Of a stretch of 64,000 nucleotides of DNA, positions 61,578 to 64,000 are shown piece after piece. The stretch is from an uncultured Ruficoccus sp. (GTDB taxonomy: Bacteria > Verrucomicrobiota > Verrucomicrobiia > Opitutales > Cerasicoccaceae): assembly GCA_965140785.1 (NCBI GenBank), contig OZ223475.1, positions 1-64,000 on the forward strand, read 5' to 3'. The position numbers and the translations under genes were made by a program. Position 1 is the first letter of the stretch. Each line of letters opens with the position of its first letter. The notes beneath the pieces are model-generated. The model was not told where the DNA came from. It worked only from the letters and a program-made list of their open reading frames with translations, and made no database searches.

Positions 61578-62990
61578 ATGTTGGATACACAAATGAACGG
61601 TCATGATTTTTCTTTTCCCGACGGATTCGTCTGGGGTGTGGCGGCTGCATCCGCCCAAATCGAGGGTGGCGCTCACGCGGGAGGCAAAGGGCCGTCTGTG
61701 TGGGATCACTATGCAAAGCAGGTCGGGGCGATTCGCAACGGGGACAATCTCGATGTCGCCTGCGATCATTACAATCGCTTCGCGGAGGATTTTAAGATTA
61801 TGCGCGAGCTTGGGATTCGGCACTACCGCCTGTCGATTGCCTGGCCCAGAATCTATCCCGACGGTGAGGGTGAGGTGAATGCCGAAGGACTCCGTTTTTA
61901 CCATCGTCTGTTCGACGAAATGGAGGCGAACGGGATTACTCCCTGGGTGACATTATTCCATTGGGATCTTCCGCAGGCGTTAGAGAGCCGGCTGGGAGGA
62001 TGGCGCTCACGTAAAGTGGTTGATGCTTTTGCGCAATATGCTGACACCGTTTTGCAATCGTTCGGGGAACGCGTGCGTCACTGGTTTACTATCAACGAAA
62101 TGGTGGCTTTTACGGCCAATGCTTATGGTCGTGGACGTAACGCACCGGGCTTGAGCCTCGATGAGAAAACGGTGACGCGGACCTATCATCACGCGCTACT
62201 GTGCCACGGGCATGCGGTGCGTGCGGTGCGCGAGTATGGGCAGCCCGGAAGCATTGTTGGCCTCGTTGACAATCCGATGGTCGCGATGCCACTGGATGAA
62301 AGTAAACCGGAGGACCTGGAGGCAGCGCGGACTTGCTTCAAGCAAGATAGTATGCGCGTGCTCAACCCCATCTATCATGGCGCTTACACCGACGAATACA
62401 TCGAAATGTTTGGTGAAGATGTTTTGCCAGATGTGCAGGCGGGTGACTTCAGTTTGATTTCATCACCCTGCGACTTTCTTGGGCTGAACCTTTACTGGGG
62501 TTACTACGTGAGGGCAGGGGAGAATGCTGAGCCGCAGAAAGTCGATTTTCCCGAAAGCTATCCGAGTGCTTCGAGTTGGTGGCAGAAGTTGACTCCGCGG
62601 TGCATGTATTGGGGAGTCCGGCATGTTCATGATCTCTATGGCCCTAAGACTATCTATATTACCGAGAACGGTTGTGGATATACGGATGAGGTGGTTGTTG
62701 ATGGCGAATGCCTGGATCTACACCGAAGAGATTTTGTGAGGAGTTGCCTGATGGAACTTCATGCTGCGATTGCTGAGGGCATCGATGTGAAAGGCTATTT
62801 CCTCTGGTCACTGCTGGATAATTTCGAGTGGTCGCAGGGCTACTCAATTCGCTTCGGGATCATCCACATTGACTATGAGACCCTTAAACGAACTCCCAAG
62901 CTGAGTGCCCGTTGGTATGCGCAAGTCATTGCCACCAACACGCTATCGTCCGGATCTTGCCTGTTATCGAACACGTGCGATGCGCTGTGA
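61578..62990 (+). CDS. Beta-glucosidase (GH1)
   Basis: FVWG...QIEG, ACDHY, YRLSIAWPRI, TLFHWDLP, TINE, ITENG, WSLLDNFEW. Confidence 0.96.
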   Translation: MLDTQMNGHDFSFPDGFVWGVAAASAQIEGGAHAGGKGPSVWDHYAKQVGAIRNGDNLDVACDHYNRFAEDFKIMRELGIRHYRLSIAWPRIYPDGEGEVNAEGLRFYHRLFDEMEANGITPWVTLFHWDLPQALESRLGGWRSRKVVDAFAQYADTVLQSFGERVRHWFTINEMVAFTANAYGRGRNAPGLSLDEKTVTRTYHHALLCHGHAVRAVREYGQPGSIVGLVDNPMVAMPLDESKPEDLEAARTCFKQDSMRVLNPIYHGAYTDEYIEMFGEDVLPDVQAGDFSLISSPCDFLGLNLYWGYYVRAGENAEPQKVDFPESYPSASSWWQKLTPRCMYWGVRHVHDLYGPKTIYITENGCGYTDEVVVDGECLDLHRRDFVRSCLMELHAAIAEGIDVKGYFLWSLLDNFEWSQGYSIRFGIIHIDYETLKRTPKLSARWYAQVIATNTLSSGSCLLSNTCDAL

Positions 62991-63280
62991 GTGACCCGTT
63001 AACCATTTAGAAATAGGTGTTCATCAACAGAGACTTGTAGGCGGGCAGGCATCTTCTACGTTTAGACCTTCGCTTGCGCGAAGGATACGGATGATCTCTT
63101 CGGTGCTTCGTCTTCCTCGTTTCATACTCGATTATCTGTCATTTGACAGAAAATCATCTCACTAGCAATGGACCGGTTTCGGCAGGCTCAGGCATCTACG
63201 CCAGAACCTCAAAAACCAAACCAACCAACACAATCACACGACCGGAAAGCGATCATAGCGACTGGGCCAAATCGTGGGAC

Positions 63281-63433
63281 TCAGCCAGGATGCAGGCGGT
63301 AGACCCGCTCCGACTCCTCGGAGACCTGGTTGAGGTCGCTCAGCTCCGCCCGCACCGTCACCCCGTACTGGTGCGACGAGTAGCCGGGCAGCCCGAGTTT
63401 TTTGGAATAATTGGCCTCCAGCACGATTGCCAT
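63281..63433 (-). pseudogene. Truncated hypothetical gene, probably from a mobile element
   Basis: MAIVLEANYSKKLGLPGYSSHQYGVTVRAEL...; GC-rich codons, breaks off after ~46 codons. Association with PVC mobile regions is from recall and unverified. Confidence 0.5.
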
Positions 63434-63700
63434 GGAGGGCCTCCTTTCTCTTGCGTGACCGCCGCAGATACAACAAGACCCGGACTGCGGTCGCCCGACC
63501 GGGTCTCGGATAACGGAGCCCCCGCTATCAACTCTATATAACGCAGAAACGGGGCCTTTTGCGGAGGAGAGCGAGGATGCTACAAACGTCGGGATATATC
63601 GCAGTCGCTCGGCGATATATTCTTATTTCAATTCTTACTTAGGTCTATGTTGATCGATGGCTATCTCGTAAGGCGTTGCTGGTTAGCAACAATAAAAAAA

Positions 63701-63718
63701 TGGTCGGGCTGAGAGGAT
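63701..63718 (-). repeat. Partial duplicate of a tRNA-Pro 3' end (att-like)
   Basis: tggtcgggctgagaggat versus tggtcgggctgcagggat at 63867. Confidence 0.7.
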
Positions 63719-63866
63719 AAATTTACGAACCGGTTCGTACCCCGCGTATCCCGGCAGCAAACCAGCGGTGATCAATTTCAGAAATGGGAAAAAATGTCTG
63801 TCGCACAACAGACTCCTCGTGAAAAAGGGAGATGCGCAGCATCTCGTTTCCAAAGCTCTGCTTTGG

Positions 63867-63943
<77 letters not shown>

Positions 63944-64000
63944 TCAAGAAATCGGGAAAGAGTCGAAGATGGCAAAGCTACCGATACAGGCAAGTTTTTT

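Larger units (their letters stand above)
51601..63720. mobile_element. Decayed genomic island between tRNA-Lys and tRNA-Pro (no integrase left)
   Basis: Visible drop in GC, IS3 relic, tandem ctgtgcca repeats at 51672 and 51683, truncated ORF at the right end, partial tRNA-Pro 3'-end copy at 63701. Confidence 0.7.

Overview
GC-rich bacterial chromosome segment. Gene content and style (PEP-CTERM proteins, an H-X9-DG prepilin, opgG/opgH with an intervening ORF, few Shine-Dalgarno starts) suggest Verrucomicrobiota, probably Opitutia; this is an inference. Bases 1-51600 are mostly core genes: der, recQ, fmt, LysM-parB-secG-LolA-like, an RHH/histone-H1-like protein, aspartate aminotransferase, icd, a CYTH-CHAD + orphan ParA pair, uvrA, beta-CASP nuclease, thiGHS, CDF transporter, ECF sigma/anti-sigma, SulP, opgG/opgH, DUF89/NifX/DUF134, thrC, Cache histidine kinase, cimA, meaB and GH78 + AraC. 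REP-like repeats and small gene relics are interspersed. Between tRNA-Lys(CTT) and tRNA-Pro(CGG) lies a visibly less GC-rich ~12 kb island with an IS3 relic and a LacI-controlled carbohydrate locus (prepilin-like protein, PEP-CTERM protein, lyase-like protein, Na+/solute symporter, ADP-ribosylglycohydrolase-fold protein, GH1) that has no TonB/SusCD genes. Six small indels break recQ, thrC and the DUF89 gene and fuse an ORF to opgH; they are probably assembly errors. Best candidates for undescribed biology: (1) CHAD + ParA as a polyphosphate-granule positioning module, (2) the pilin/PEP-CTERM-led sugar locus, (3) a 21-bp inverted repeat whose inversion would swap a protein C-terminus in frame, (4) an Ile/Thr/Val leader peptide upstream of cimA, (5) the tandem-RHH/H1-like nucleoid protein.
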